Shown here: positions 38,692 through 49,785 of the stretch, one piece after another
Numbering within the stretch: position 1 is the first letter of the stretch
Layout: the number at the start of each line of letters is the position of its first letter
NCBI GenBank assembly: GCA_963726245.1
Contig: CAVSBT010000030.1
Coordinates: forward strand, 96,001-160,000
Direction of reading: 5' to 3'
Length of the DNA stretch: 64,000 nt
Source: an uncultured Chloroflexia bacterium
Lineage (GTDB): Bacteria; Chloroflexota; Dehalococcoidia; DSTF01; JALHUB01
Position numbers and translations under genes: made by a program
Notes under the pieces: model-generated
The model's input: the letters and a program-made list of their open reading frames with translations, nothing else
What the model was told of the DNA's origin: nothing
Database searches by the model: none

Positions 38692-39930
38692 ATGCGAGCA
38701 GCCTGCATCTTCATCCCCCACTTCCCTGTCGCTGTCGAACTCCTCGCGAGGCCCGATCTGCGCGGGCGGCCCCTGGTCATCGGCGGCGCTTCGGAGCAGC
38801 GCAAGACCGTCCTGGACTGCTCGCCCGAGGCCGCAGCCCAGGGGGTGCGCCCCGGCAGGCCCCTGCGACAGGCCCTGGCCCTCTGCCCCAAGGCCGCTTT
38901 CCTTGAGTCGGACCCAGCCCGCTACCAGGATGCCTTCGATGCCGTCCTTCGCGCCCTGGAGGACATCAGCCCCCTGGTGGAGCCAGCCGATCTCGGCCGC
39001 GCCTACGTGGGGGTGGATGGCCTCGTAGGGCTCCACCAGGATGAGATGGCTCTGGGCGAGGCCCTGGTGCAGGCCTGCCTGCCGGACAGGCAGGCCGTCC
39101 GCCTGGCCAACAGGCACGGCGGCCCGGCCGGCTCTCTGCTGCCCAGCGCCGGCCTGGGGGAAGGAAAGTTCGTGGCCTGGTCGGCCGCCGTCGTCAGCGC
39201 CCCGGGCGAGGTGTGCGTGGTCCCGCCGGGGCGGGAGGCCGCCTTCCTGGCGCCCCTGGACATGTCCCTTCTTCCCTGCTCGCCCGACACCCTGCGACGG
39301 CTGGAGCTCTTCGGCCTGCGCACCATCGGCGACCTGGCGGCGCTGGCCCTGGGCGCCGTCCAGGCCCAGTTCGGCGTCGAAGGGCGCCGCCTGTGGGAGC
39401 TGGCCCACGGCCTGGACCGCGAGCCCCTGCGCCCCCGCCGGCACGAGGAGTCGCTGAGCGAGCGCCTGGCCTTCTCCGAGCCCACCGTCAGCACCGAGGC
39501 CCTCCTGGTGGGCGGCCGCCAGCTCCTCGGCAGGCTCTTCCGCCGGTCCTCCCTGCATCACCACGCCGTGCGCCGGATGCGTATCCGCGCCGCCCTCAGC
39601 GACGGGCGCGTCTGGGAGCGCACCATCACTTTTCGTGAGGCCACCGCCGACCGCGACCAGATGCTCTACGTGCTGCGCTGCACGCTGGAGGCGGCGCTGC
39701 CCTCGCGGCCCGTGGAGGAGATGGAGGTGACCCTGTCCGGCCTGACAGGGGAGACGGGCAAGCAGGAGGGGCTATTCGTCGCCAAGGGCCGTCGACGGAC
39801 CCAACTGGAGGAGGCCCTGCGGCAGCTCAAGGCCCGCTTCGGGCAGTCGCCCGTGTATCACATCGTGGAGGTGGAGCCGTGGTCGCGCATCCCCGAACGC
39901 CGGCTGGCTCTCATCGACTACGACCCCTGA
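38692..39930 (+). CDS. imuB: ImuB-like inactive Y-family polymerase
   Basis: IMS fold lacking the catalytic DMD/DE; SP.A...GV..G, QEGLF clamp motif, SRIPERR. Confidence 0.8.
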   Translation: MRAACIFIPHFPVAVELLARPDLRGRPLVIGGASEQRKTVLDCSPEAAAQGVRPGRPLRQALALCPKAAFLESDPARYQDAFDAVLRALEDISPLVEPADLGRAYVGVDGLVGLHQDEMALGEALVQACLPDRQAVRLANRHGGPAGSLLPSAGLGEGKFVAWSAAVVSAPGEVCVVPPGREAAFLAPLDMSLLPCSPDTLRRLELFGLRTIGDLAALALGAVQAQFGVEGRRLWELAHGLDREPLRPRRHEESLSERLAFSEPTVSTEALLVGGRQLLGRLFRRSSLHHHAVRRMRIRAALSDGRVWERTITFREATADRDQMLYVLRCTLEAALPSRPVEEMEVTLSGLTGETGKQEGLFVAKGRRRTQLEEALRQLKARFGQSPVYHIVEVEPWSRIPERRLALIDYDP

Positions 39931-40166
39931 GGGAGCCGCGGCCCGTCGCCGTGGAGGCGGACGCCGAGGGGCGGCCCGTGGCCGTCACGCTGTCGGGCCG
40001 GCGGCTGCGGCGTCGTCGCGGTGCAGGACGCCTGGCGCATCGACGACGAGTGGTGGCGGGAGCGGCCGGTGAGCCGGCTGTACTACGAGCTGGCGCTGGA
40101 GGACGGGCGGGTGGTGACGGTGTACCAGGACTTGGTGAGCGGGCGATGGGCGAGGCAGGATACTGA
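39920..40166 (+). CDS. small DUF6504-like protein (frameshifted; start uncertain)
   Basis: GRPVAV, WRIDDEWW, RLYYEL, YQDLVSGRW. Confidence 0.7.
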
Positions 40167-40823
40167 TGAATGCCTGTATCAGGCCTTGAACGAGGAGTCA
40201 CGCATAACTGACCTACGCGGTTTAGCCCAACTCTCTGACGAAGCTGCAGCAGATAATGCGCGATGCCAACGACAAGTTCGATCTTGCCATCGAGATACTT
40301 CACTGCAACGACAAGACTGGCGTCCGCCATGGCTAGACTGGTCCGCACGTCAGCTGTTCGACACCTGGAGCGAAGCGTATGGCAGCCATGGCCGAGGTTC
40401 GATGCTTCGAATGCGTCGAGCGTCGTCAAATAACACAGAACCAGCAAGATAGAGGTCCGTCACGTGGTCGATAAGGCTGCTACCCGCTCGGAGTCCGAGC
40501 ATGACAGATATGTTCCGATCGCCTGAGCGAGCCTGTCGGACGGAGGCAAATCCGAGCGGTCTTGCCAAGGCTCTGCACTGTCCCCGCGTCTTTCAGAGTG
40601 TCCGAGCTTCATACGCCTTGAACACCAATCTACGATGCCACTGCAGTACATCGGACCCAATAGAGCCTGTGCTGCACATTGCAGAACCGAGCCTAGTTGG
40701 AGGCCTAGAATGTCAGCTGGGCTGCGACTATCCACTCGTACGGGAGGGCCTTTCCACGAGGAACCTCTCGAATTGCGTCCTCCATCCTTGCACCCCCGAA
40801 TGGACCCTCTAATCCGGCCTGCC

Positions 40824-43800
40824 ATGAGCGACATCCTACACCGAACTCCACCTCCACTCCCACTGGTCCCTCCTCGAGGGGGCGTCCTCGCCGCTGGAGC
40901 TGGTGCTGCAGGGCGCGGGAGCTGGGCTACGAGGCGCTGGCCCTCACCGACCACGACGGCCTCTACGGGGCCATGGAGTTCGCCCAGTGCGCCCGCGCCT
41001 GGGGCATCCGGCCCATCACCGGCGCCGAGGTCACCCTGCGAGTCGGGCCATCACCTGACCCTCCTCTGCGAGACGCAGCGGGGCTACGCCAACCTCTGCC
41101 GCCTCCTCTCGCACGCCCACCTCACCCACGAGAAGGGCCGGCCCGCCATCGAGCCGGACGTGCTGGCTACCCATGCCGAGGGGCTCATCGCCCTCTCCGG
41201 CTGCCGGCGGGGCGAGGTGCCGTCGCTGGTCGCCGAGGGCCGCATCGAGGAGGCGGAGGCCGCCGCCCGCCGTTATGTCGAGATGTTCGGCCGCGCAGAG
41301 CTTCTTCATCGAGCTCCAGCAGAACCTGGTCCACGGCGACACGGCCCGCAACCGGGAGCTGGTCGCCCTGGCGAAGCGCCTGGGGCTGGGCGTCGTCGCC
41401 ACCAACAACGTCCACTACCACGTGCGGGAGCGCCACCGCCTCCAGGACGTGCTGGTGGCCATCAAGCACCGCACCACCCTGGAGACCTCGCACACCCTGC
41501 GACGGGCCAACAGCGAGTTCTACCTGAAGTCGCCCCAGGAGATGGCCCGCCTCTTCGCCGACTGCCCGGAGGCCCTGGCGAACACCGTCCGCATCGCCGA
41601 GAGGTGCGCCCCTTCGACAAGCTCAGGGTGCGGATCGGCAGGTTCGGGCAAGGCTTCGACCTCACCCGCGACCTGGACTACCGCTTCCCCGACTACCCCT
41701 GCCCGCCGGGCGAGACGCCGGACGGCGTCCTCCGCCGCCTCTGCTTCGAGGAGGCGCGGCGCCGCTACGGGCTGGTGAGCGGGCGGCTGCCGCGAGCAGG
41801 TGGAGGCGCGGCTGGAGGAGGAGCTGCGTCTCATCGCCAAACACGGGCTGGGCGGCTTCTTCCTCATCTACCGCGACCTGCTGGAGCTGGGCAAAGAGGT
41901 GGCCCGCGAGGTCTACGGCCCCGACCACGCCGACCGGCCGCCGGGCCGCGGGCGCGGCAGCAGCGTGGGCTCCCTGGTCTGCTACCTCATCGGGCTGTCG
42001 CACATCGACCCCCTGAAGAACAACCTCTTCGCCGGCCGCTTCCTCAACGAGGAGATGGCCTCGGTGCCCGACGTGGACCTGGACTTCAGCCGCGAGGTGC
42101 GGGAGAAGCTCATCCTGCGCGTCTACGAGCGCTACGGCCGGGAGCACGTCGGGCTGGTGTGCAGCTTCCCCACCTACCGCCTGCGCTCGGCCGTCCGCGA
42201 CGTGGGCAAGGCCCTGGGGCTGCCGGAGGCGGAGCTGGACCGCCTGGCCAAGCTGTCGGAGCACCGCTCCGCCGACCGGCTGCGGGAGGAGATGTCGCGC
42301 TACCCGGAGTTCCGCGGCCGCCTCGACGCTCCCCTCTGGCGCGACCTGGTGGACCTGGCCGAGCAGGTCCGCGGCTTCCCCCGCCACGTCAGCCAGCACG
42401 TGGGCGGCATGGTCATCTCCTCCAAGCCCCTGGTGGAGCTGGTGCCCCTGGAGAAGGCCCGCATGCCCGGCCGCGTCGTCTGCCAGTGGGACAAGGACAG
42501 CATCGACGACGCCCGCATGGTGAAGGTGGACTTCCTGGCCCTGGGCATGCTCTCGCTGGTGGACTACTGCCTGGACGAGATCGAGGCCCGCCGGGGCCTG
42601 CGCATCGACCTGAGCCGCATCGACTTCGAAGACCCCGCCGTCTACGACATGATCTGCGCCGGCGACACCATCGGCGTCTTCCAGGTGGAGAGCCGGGCCC
42701 AGATGCAGACCCTGCCCCGCACGCGGCCGCGCTCCCTGGAGGACCTGACGGTGGAGGTGGCCATCATCCGGCCGGGGCCCATCGTGGGGAAGGCGGTGAG
42801 CCCCTACATCCTGCGCCGCCAGGGGAAGGAGCCCGTCACCTACGACCACCCCAGCCTGGAGCCCGTCCTGAAGGAGACGCTGGGCGTCATCCTCTACCAG
42901 GAGCAGGTGATCCAGGCGGCGATGGCCATCGCCGGCTTCACCGCCGGCCAGGCCGACCAGATGCGGCGGGCCATGTCCCGCAAGCGCTCTCGGGAGGCGA
43001 TGGCGGCCATGTGGGAGGAGTTCCGCCAGGGCGCCCTCGGCCAGCGGCGTCGACGAGGCCACCGCCCGCACGCGTCTTCGACAAGGTCATGGGCTTCGCC
43101 GAGTTCGGCTTCCCCAAGAGCCACGCCGCCGCCTTCGCCCTGCTGGCCTACCAGTCGGCCTGGCTCAAGAAGTACTACCCGCTGGAGTTCACCTGCGCCC
43201 TCCTCAACGCCCAGCCCATGGGCTTCTACCCGCCGGAGGTCATCGTGGGCGACGCCCGCCGCCACGGGGTCGACGTCCTGCCGCCCGACGCGAACCTGAG
43301 TCGCCGGCGCTGCACGGTCGAAGAGCCTGCCTGCCGGCGGACGGGGCGAGGCGGTGCGCATCGGGCTGGCCTACGTGGACGGCGTGGGCGAGAAGGGCGG
43401 CAGGGCTATCGAGGAAGCCGCGCGACCGGGGCGGAGCCGTTCCGCTCGCTGCGCGACTTCTGCTGGCGCACCGGCCTCAGGCGGGAGGCCGTCGAGAGCC
43501 TGATCCGGGCCGGCGCCTTCGACGGCTTCGGCCTCAACCGGCGGGAGCTCCTCTGGCAGCTAGGGCTGGTCTATCGACCGGACGGCCGCCACGCCGCCGA
43601 GCGCCAGATACCGCTGCCGCTGCCCACCAAGCAGGACGAGGTCCCCCTGCGCGACCTCACCCGCTGGGAGCGCCTGGTGGCCGACTACGAGACGATGGGC
43701 TTCTCCGCCCACGACCACCCTGTGGCCCTCATCCGCCCGGCTCTGGGCGAGGGCGTCGTCTCCACGGCCCACATCGAGGCTCTGGAGGACGGCGTCGAGG

Positions 43801-44075
43801 TGCAGGTGGCGGGCCTGGTGGTCTGCCGTCAGCAGCCGGGGACGGCCAAGGGGTTCGTCTTCCTGGTGCTGGAGGACGAGTACGGGCTGGCCAACGTCGT
43901 CGTCAAGCCCGCGGTCTACCTGCGCTGCCGCGCCCTCGTCCGCGCCGAGCCCTTCGTCATCGTGTCCGGCCGGCTCCAGCGCCGCGACGGCATCACCAAC
44001 GTCATCGCCGAGTCGTTCCGGCCGCTGCGCGTGCCACGAGAGCTGGTGGCGCCGGAGGCGCACAACTTCGGCTGA
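40824..44075 (+). CDS. dnaE2: error-prone DNA polymerase III alpha (several frameshifts)
   Basis: ELHLHS, ALTDHD, GRGSS, PDVDLDF, GFPKSHA, QQPGTAKG, LEDE, AHNFG end. Confidence 0.9.
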   Translation: MSDILHRTPPPLPLVPPRGGVLAAGAGAAGRGSWATRRWPSPTTTASTGPWSSPSAPAPGASGPSPAPRSPCESGHHLTLLCETQRGYANLCRLLSHAHLTHEKGRPAIEPDVLATHAEGLIALSGCRRGEVPSLVAEGRIEEAEAAARRYVEMFGRAELLHRAPAEPGPRRHGPQPGAGRPGEAPGAGRRRHQQRPLPRAGAPPPPGRAGGHQAPHHPGDLAHPATGQQRVLPEVAPGDGPPLRRLPGGPGEHRPHRREVRPFDKLRVRIGRFGQGFDLTRDLDYRFPDYPCPPGETPDGVLRRLCFEEARRRYGLVSGRLPRAGGGAAGGGAASHRQTRAGRLLPHLPRPAGAGQRGGPRGLRPRPRRPAAGPRARQQRGLPGLLPHRAVAHRPPEEQPLRRPLPQRGDGLGARRGPGLQPRGAGEAHPARLRALRPGARRAGVQLPHLPPALGRPRRGQGPGAAGGGAGPPGQAVGAPLRRPAAGGDVALPGVPRPPRRSPLARPGGPGRAGPRLPPPRQPARGRHGHLLQAPGGAGAPGEGPHARPRRLPVGQGQHRRRPHGEGGLPGPGHALAGGLLPGRDRGPPGPAHRPEPHRLRRPRRLRHDLRRRHHRRLPGGEPGPDADPAPHAAALPGGPDGGGGHHPAGAHRGEGGEPLHPAPPGEGARHLRPPQPGARPEGDAGRHPLPGAGDPGGDGHRRLHRRPGRPDAAGHVPQALSGGDGGHVGGVPPGRPRPAASTRPPPARVFDKVMGFAEFGFPKSHAAAFALLAYQSAWLKKYYPLEFTCALLNAQPMGFYPPEVIVGDARRHGVDVLPPDANLSRRRCTVEEPACRRTGRGGAHRAGLRGRRGREGRQGYRGSRATGAEPFRSLRDFCWRTGLRREAVESLIRAGAFDGFGLNRRELLWQLGLVYRPDGRHAAERQIPLPLPTKQDEVPLRDLTRWERLVADYETMGFSAHDHPVALIRPALGEGVVSTAHIEALEDGVEVQVAGLVVCRQQPGTAKGFVFLVLEDEYGLANVVVKPAVYLRCRALVRAEPFVIVSGRLQRRDGITNVIAESFRPLRVPRELVAPEAHNFG

Positions 44076-44102
44076 GCCGGAGCGGGATGCACCCTCCCAA
44101 GA

Positions 44103-44787
44103 CTAGCGCAGCTTCTCGGCGAAGCGGCGGAAGCGCAGCGCGGCGTCCTTGTCGATGGGCCGCCCGTGGCCGAAGAAGACGGCCTCGAAGTCCAGCGCCG
44201 CCAGCTTTCGAATCGACTCCTTCGCCTGGGCCATGTCCTCGGTGAACCAGCCCATGGGCGGTCGCAGGCGGAAGCTGTTGGCGGCGGCGTCACCTGTGAA
44301 GAGCAGCCGCCTCTTCGGGCAATAGAGGCAGATGGAGCCGGGGGTGTGCCCCGGCGTGTGCACCACGCGCATGCCGTCGAGCGCGTCGATCTCGTCGCCG
44401 TCCGCCAGCTCGCGGTCGACGCGGGCGGCGGGCGCCCCTGCCGCCATGCGGCCCAGCAGACGGCTTCAGCAGCCCGCCCGACGACGGCCCCGGCGGCGGC
44501 CGCTCGCCGCGCACGACGGGCGCATCGAGGGCGTGGACCATCACCTGGGCGCCGGTGCGCTCCACCAGCTCCGCCAGGCCGCCGGTGTGGTCGCCGTGGT
44601 GGTGGGTGATGACGATCTGGCGCACGTCCTGGGGCTTGCGACCCGCCGCCTCCACGGCCCGCAGCACCCGCTCGGCGCTGCCCTTGAGGCCGGTATCGAT
44701 GACCGTCACGCGGTCGGCGTCGATGGCCAGGTAGGCCCGCCCCATGCCGAGCGAATCGATGGTGTGGACGCCGGGGACGATCTCCAT
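44103..44787 (-). CDS. MBL-fold metallo-hydrolase (frameshift)
   Basis: THHHGDH, HTPGHTPG, TGDA, GHG. Confidence 0.88.
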
Positions 44788-45003
44788 GGTGGGTCACCTC
44801 CACTGCCAGGCCAAAGAAGGACAAGTTGACACTTGCCCTTTTGTACCACGGTTGACGCGTGGCAGAAGGGGAGACTGGACAGCACGGACGGACGCCGCAC
44901 GAAATCCCCCCGCTGCCCCCCTGACACAATACCTAGCGAAAGGTATTCTTGCCATAGCGCTATGGTAATCCTAGGTAAGGCAGAACCCAAGGAGGTAATT
45001 GCG

Positions 45004-45599
45004 GTGACAAAGGTCATACACTCCTTCAGAGGTAGCAGAAATACTGAAGATAACTGAGGATGAGGTAGTGGAACTCGTACAGCAGGGACAACTCGCTGCC
45101 TTCCAGGTAATAGATCATGCCCGGATTAAAGAAGAGGCGCTCGATGGAATTCATGAACAGGCCATATCGCGGGCTCACCAAATGGGCCCGCCAGCTCGTC
45201 CACGCGGCCCGGGCGGCCCCGCGCAAGCAGAAGCGAAACCGCAACCCAGAGGCGGAAGCAGCGGGGCGGCAATGGGCATGGGAGCAGATTCGCCAGGTGG
45301 CCCCTGATCTATCATCCATTCAAGGACGAGGTTCACGGCGAACGGCAAGCAGGGGGTCCTGCAGGTATCGACCACGCCATCTGGGCGCGACAGGAGCTAC
45401 TGGTTCGAGTTTCCCGGAGAGGCTACTGGAACACCAAGCCTGCCGCTGTTCATCGTGCCTGTGCTGGCTGACCGTCGGATTGCCTTCGTGATCCCTTACG
45501 CCAGACACAAGGCAGCCTTCGATGGCTTGTCATCGAGCAAGCGAGGGACACAAGAAGTTCCATATAACGCTTGGGGATGACGGGCAGAGGACTGACTAA
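45004..45599 (+). CDS. excisionase-type HTH fused to unknown domain (several frameshifts)
   Basis: AAGGAGGT RBS; YTPSEVAEILKITEDEVVELVQQGQLAAFQV...ARIKEEAL; then SYWFEF, AFVIP. Confidence 0.6.
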
Positions 45600-45720
45600 C
45601 TGATTAGGCAAGGATCCTAGTCAAGTGCCTTGATCTGCTCCGTGAGCCAGGACTCTTGGGGCATAGCCGAGCGGCTCCTAGGGGCCTCGCTAAGCCGGGA
45701 GCGCAGAGTAGCTGCGCACC

Positions 45721-47820
45721 CTACCGCCTCCCGTACCGCCGGCCCGTGCGCACGCGGTTGCGCCAGGAGTCGCCCGGCGAGCGCTTCTGGCGGCCGGTCT
45801 CGGCGGCGCCGTAGGCCGACTTGGCGAACTCGTGGAGGGCGTCCTCGCCGGAGATGAGCTCCTTGCGCAGCTCGATGATCTGGTCGCGCAGGAGCGCCGC
45901 CCGCTCGAACTCCAGGGCCCGCGCCGCCTGCTTCATCTGCGACTCCAGGTCCTTCACCAGCCGCGCGATCTCGTCCTTGGGCACGGCCCCGCCGACGCGG
46001 TACTCGACCCGCTCCTCGGCCACCTTCTTCACGTGGTCGGTGATGTCACGTATCGCCTTGCGGATGCCCTGGGGGGTGATGCCGCGCTCCTCGTTGTAGG
46101 CGACCTGCACGCGGCGGCGCCGGTACGTCTCGTCGATGGCCCTGCGCATCGAATCGGTCATCTTGTCGGCGTACATGATGACGCGGCCGTCGACGTGGCG
46201 GGAGGCGCGGCCGATGGTCTGGATCAGGGAGTCGCCGGAGCGCAGGAAGCCCTCCTTGTCGGCGTCGAGGATGGCCACCAGGCTCACCTCAGGCAGGTCC
46301 AGCCCCTCGCGCAGGAGGTTGATGCCCACGACCACGTCGTAGACGCCCAGGCGCAGGTCGCGCAGGATCTCCACCCGCTCCAGCGTGTCGATCTCCGAGT
46401 GCAGGTAGTGGGTGCGGACGCCCATCTCCGCCAGGTAGTCGGCCAGGTCCTCGGCCATCTTCTTGGTGAGGGTGGTGATCAGGCAGCGCTCCCCCCGCTC
46501 GACGCGCGCCCGCACCTGCTCGAGCAGGTCGTCGATCTGGCGCTCGGTGGGCTTGACCTCAATGGAGGGGTCCACCAGGCCGGTGGGCCGCACCAGTTGC
46601 TCCACCACCTGCTCGCTGTGCTGGTACTCGTAGGGGCCGGGCGTGGCCGAGACGTAGACGACGCGGCTGATGTGCTCCTCGAACTCGCCGAAGTTGAGCG
46701 GCCGGTTGTCCAGCGCCGAGGGCAGGCGGAAGCCGTAGTCCACCAGCGTCTGCTTGCGGGAGACGTCGCCGTGGTACATGCCCCGCACCTGGGGGATGCT
46801 GATGTGCGACTCGTCGATGAACATCAGGAAGTCGTCGGGGAAGTAGTCGAGCAGCGTCCAGGGGGTGCTGCCGGGGGCGCGGCGCGCCAGGTGGCGGGAG
46901 TAGTTCTCGATGCCGGAGCAGTAGCCGGCCTCCCGCAGGCTCTCGAGGTCGTAGTGGGTGCGCTCCTCCAGGCGGGCCGCCTCCAGGATCTTGTCCTGCG
47001 CCCGTAGCTCCGCCAGCCGCTCCGCCAGCTCCTGCTCGATGTCGGCGATGGCGGCCTCCAGCTTCTCCTGCGAGGTGACGAAGTGCTTGGCGGGGTAGAC
47101 GTCCACCCGCTCGCGCTCGGCCACGATCTCGCCGGTGAGGGGGTCCAGCTCGACGATGCGCTCCACCTCGTCCCCCAAGAAGTCGATGCGGATGGCCAGC
47201 TCCTCGTAGGCGGGGAGGATGGTGATGCTGTCGCCGCGGAGGCGGAACTTGCCCCGCGCCAGGGTCACGTCGTTGCGCTCGTACTGCATGTCGACCAGGC
47301 GGCGCATGGCGCGGGTGCGGTTGAAGGCTTCGCCCTTCCGGAAGGTGAGGGTGAAGCTCTGGTACTCCTCGGGCTCGCCCAGGCCGTAGATGCAGGAGAC
47401 AGAGGCCACGATGAGGACGTCGCGCCGCTCGAAGAGGGCGCGGGTGGCGGCGTGGCGCAGCTTGTCGATCTCGTCGTTGATGTCGGCGTCCTTGGCGATG
47501 TAGGTGTCGGAGCGGGGGATGTAGGCCTCGGGCTGGTAGTAGTCGTAGTAGCTGACGAAGAACTCGACGGCGTTGTCGGGGAAGAACTCCTTGAACTCGG
47601 AGCAGAGCTGGGCGGCCAGGGTGCGGTTGGGGGCGAGCACCAGGGTGGGGCGCTGCCAGCGGGCGACGACGTTGGCCATGGTGAAGGTCTTGCCGGAGCC
47701 CGTCACGCCGAGGAGCGTCTGGCGCTTCTGGCCGCGCTCCAGCCCCTCGACCAGCCGGTCGACGGCCTGGGGCTGGTCGCCCGTGGCCTCGAAGTCAGAG
47801 ACGAGACGGAAGGATGGCAT
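45721..47820 (-). CDS. uvrB: excinuclease ABC subunit B
   Basis: [28 protein letters not shown]. Confidence 0.98.
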   Translation of the reverse strand: MPSFRLVSDFEATGDQPQAVDRLVEGLERGQKRQTLLGVTGSGKTFTMANVVARWQRPTLVLAPNRTLAAQLCSEFKEFFPDNAVEFFVSYYDYYQPEAYIPRSDTYIAKDADINDEIDKLRHAATRALFERRDVLIVASVSCIYGLGEPEEYQSFTLTFRKGEAFNRTRAMRRLVDMQYERNDVTLARGKFRLRGDSITILPAYEELAIRIDFLGDEVERIVELDPLTGEIVAERERVDVYPAKHFVTSQEKLEAAIADIEQELAERLAELRAQDKILEAARLEERTHYDLESLREAGYCSGIENYSRHLARRAPGSTPWTLLDYFPDDFLMFIDESHISIPQVRGMYHGDVSRKQTLVDYGFRLPSALDNRPLNFGEFEEHISRVVYVSATPGPYEYQHSEQVVEQLVRPTGLVDPSIEVKPTERQIDDLLEQVRARVERGERCLITTLTKKMAEDLADYLAEMGVRTHYLHSEIDTLERVEILRDLRLGVYDVVVGINLLREGLDLPEVSLVAILDADKEGFLRSGDSLIQTIGRASRHVDGRVIMYADKMTDSMRRAIDETYRRRRVQVAYNEERGITPQGIRKAIRDITDHVKKVAEERVEYRVGGAVPKDEIARLVKDLESQMKQAARALEFERAALLRDQIIELRKELISGEDALHEFAKSAYGAAETGRQKRSPGDSWRNRVRTGRRYGRR

Positions 47821-47828
47821 AGCCTAGA

Positions 47829-48607
47829 TCAACTCTCCCTCGCCCCCTCCACGCGGTCCCGCCCCCGGCCCTTCGCCTCGTAGAGGGCGGCGTCGGCGCG
47901 CCTCACCAGCGCGTCTTCGTCGGCCACGCCGGGCGAGGGGTAGATCGCCACACCCAGGCTCACCGTCAGGGCCACCGCGTCGCGGCCCCGCCGGAAGTGC
48001 TCCTTCAGACAGGTACGCAGTTTCTCGGCCGCCTGGCTCGCCTGCTCCGGGGGCGTCTCCGGCAGCAGGACGGCGAACTCCTCGCCCCCGTAGCGGCAGA
48101 CGATGTCGCTGCCGCGGACGTTTCCCGTCAATATCTTACCAACTTCCACCAGCACGTGGTCGCCGAACTGGTGCCCGCGCTGGTCGTTGATCTCCTTGAA
48201 GTTGTCCACGTCCAGCATCACCAGCGAGAGCACCCGTTCATACCGCTTCGCCCGCTCGATCTCCACGCCCAACCGCGACTGGAAGAAGCGACGGTTGTAG
48301 AGGCCGGTCAGCGGGTCGGTGATCGCCAGCCGCTCCAGCTCCGCTTCCTTGCCAAGCAACTCGCCGTACAGGTCGGCCAGGTGACGCTCGCGGCGCGACG
48401 CCGCACCTCAACAACCAGCCCGGCGAGAAGAAAGAGCAGGGCAAGACCACCGGGGATGAAGATCTCGTCCACCTCCCGCCAGCGGACGGAGCCTCCGAGC
48501 GCTCTGTCCAGGGGGTCGAAGACGGCCACCACCAGCGCGACCAGGGCGATGACGGCCGCGCCCGCCAGATGCCAGCGGTAGGATTTCAAGAGTCGGTGGA
48601 GGTCCAA
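47829..48607 (-). CDS. membrane diguanylate cyclase (frameshift near 48380)
   Basis: 2 TM, TDPLTGLYNRR, RGSD I-site, RYGGEEF. Confidence 0.88.
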
Positions 48608-48624
48608 GTCTCGGGGCGTCCCTC

Positions 48625-49208
48625 TCAGGCCCGGCGGCCGAAGTAGGCCAGGGCGCTCCGGAGCCGCTCCTCGACGCTGAGCGAGCCATCCGAGGGGACG
48701 CTGGCAGCGGCGGCCTGGGCCTCCGCCTGCGTGTAGCCCAGCCCGACCAGGGCGGCCGCCACCTCGTCGTCGCGGCCCGTCGGGACGGCTGCACGGCCCG
48801 CCCCACGAGCTTGCCCTTCAGCTCCAGCACCAGGCGCGCCGCCATCTTCTGCCCGACGCCCGGCACCTGCTGCAGCCTCGGCGCGTCGCCGGCCGACACG
48901 GCGTCGGAGAGACCCTCGGCGCCCAGGGCGGAAAGGAGGCTCAGCGCCCCCCTGGGCCCGACGCCGCTGACGCTGATCAGCATCTCGAACAGGCGCAGGT
49001 CTTCGGCGGAGGCAAAGCCGTAGAGGGCCACGGCGTCATCCCGAAGGTGGAGGTGCGTGTGCAGCACCACGCTCTCGCCGCGGCGGCCCAGCGCCTCGGC
49101 GGTGGAGGCCGGCACTTGGAGCCGCAGCCCAACGCCGCCGACGAACACGAGAAGCCAGTCGGCCCCCCACTCCTCTACCACACCCCGCAGGCAGGCGATG
49201 GGGCTCAT
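48625..49208 (-). CDS. ruvA: Holliday junction branch migration protein RuvA (frameshift)
   Basis: VGGVG, LYGF, VSGVGPR, PGVGQK.A.RL..ELK. Confidence 0.92.
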
Positions 49209-49785
49209 GCTCTGCCTTCCGAAATCGCGGCGGCACGAGCTGCCGGCTAGTCGCGCTTCGGCGCGACGGCGCATCAGGTGGCAGAGCGCGGTCGCGAGGG
49301 CGTCGGAGGCGTCGTTTGGCTGAGGCGCGGCTTCGAGCCCCAACTGAAGGCGCAGCATCTCCTGCACCTGCTCCTTGCTGCCGCGTCCGTATCCCGACAC
49401 CGCCTGCTTCACCTCCGAGGCCGAGTACTCGAAGACGGCCAGGCCCGCCTCAGCCGCCGCCAGGAAGGCGACCCCGCGGGCCTCGCCCATGGCGATGGCG
49501 ACACGCTTGTTGGCGGCGACGAACGCCTCCTCCACCGCCGCCTCGGCCGGCTGCCAGCGGCCGATGACCTCTCGCAGACCAAGAGCAAATGCGCCGCAGC
49601 CTCTCGGGCAGCGGCAGGGCCGGCTCCGTTGTCACGGCGCCATAGCCCAGGACCGTGAGTTGCTCCCTTTCGACAGAGGTCACGCCCGAGCCCGCCAGGG
49701 CCAGCACGCCCCAGCCGGTGGCCCGCAGCCCAGGATCGATGCCCAGGACCACCAGGCCAGGGACAGCACGGGGCGACGGTGTCAT
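49205..49785 (-). CDS. ruvC: crossover junction endonuclease RuvC (frameshifted)
   Basis: LGIDPG...TGWG, EARGV, VKQAVSGYG, DASDALA.A.CH. Confidence 0.9.

Noticed and set aside
40635-44075. 1146-aa ORF as a novel protein
   Set aside because: Mostly off-frame dnaE2; only the C-terminal part is in the real frame.
48408-49535. Apparent RuvC-RuvA fusion ORF
   Set aside because: An ATGA overlap at the ruvA start would give the normal ruvC stop after one indel correction.
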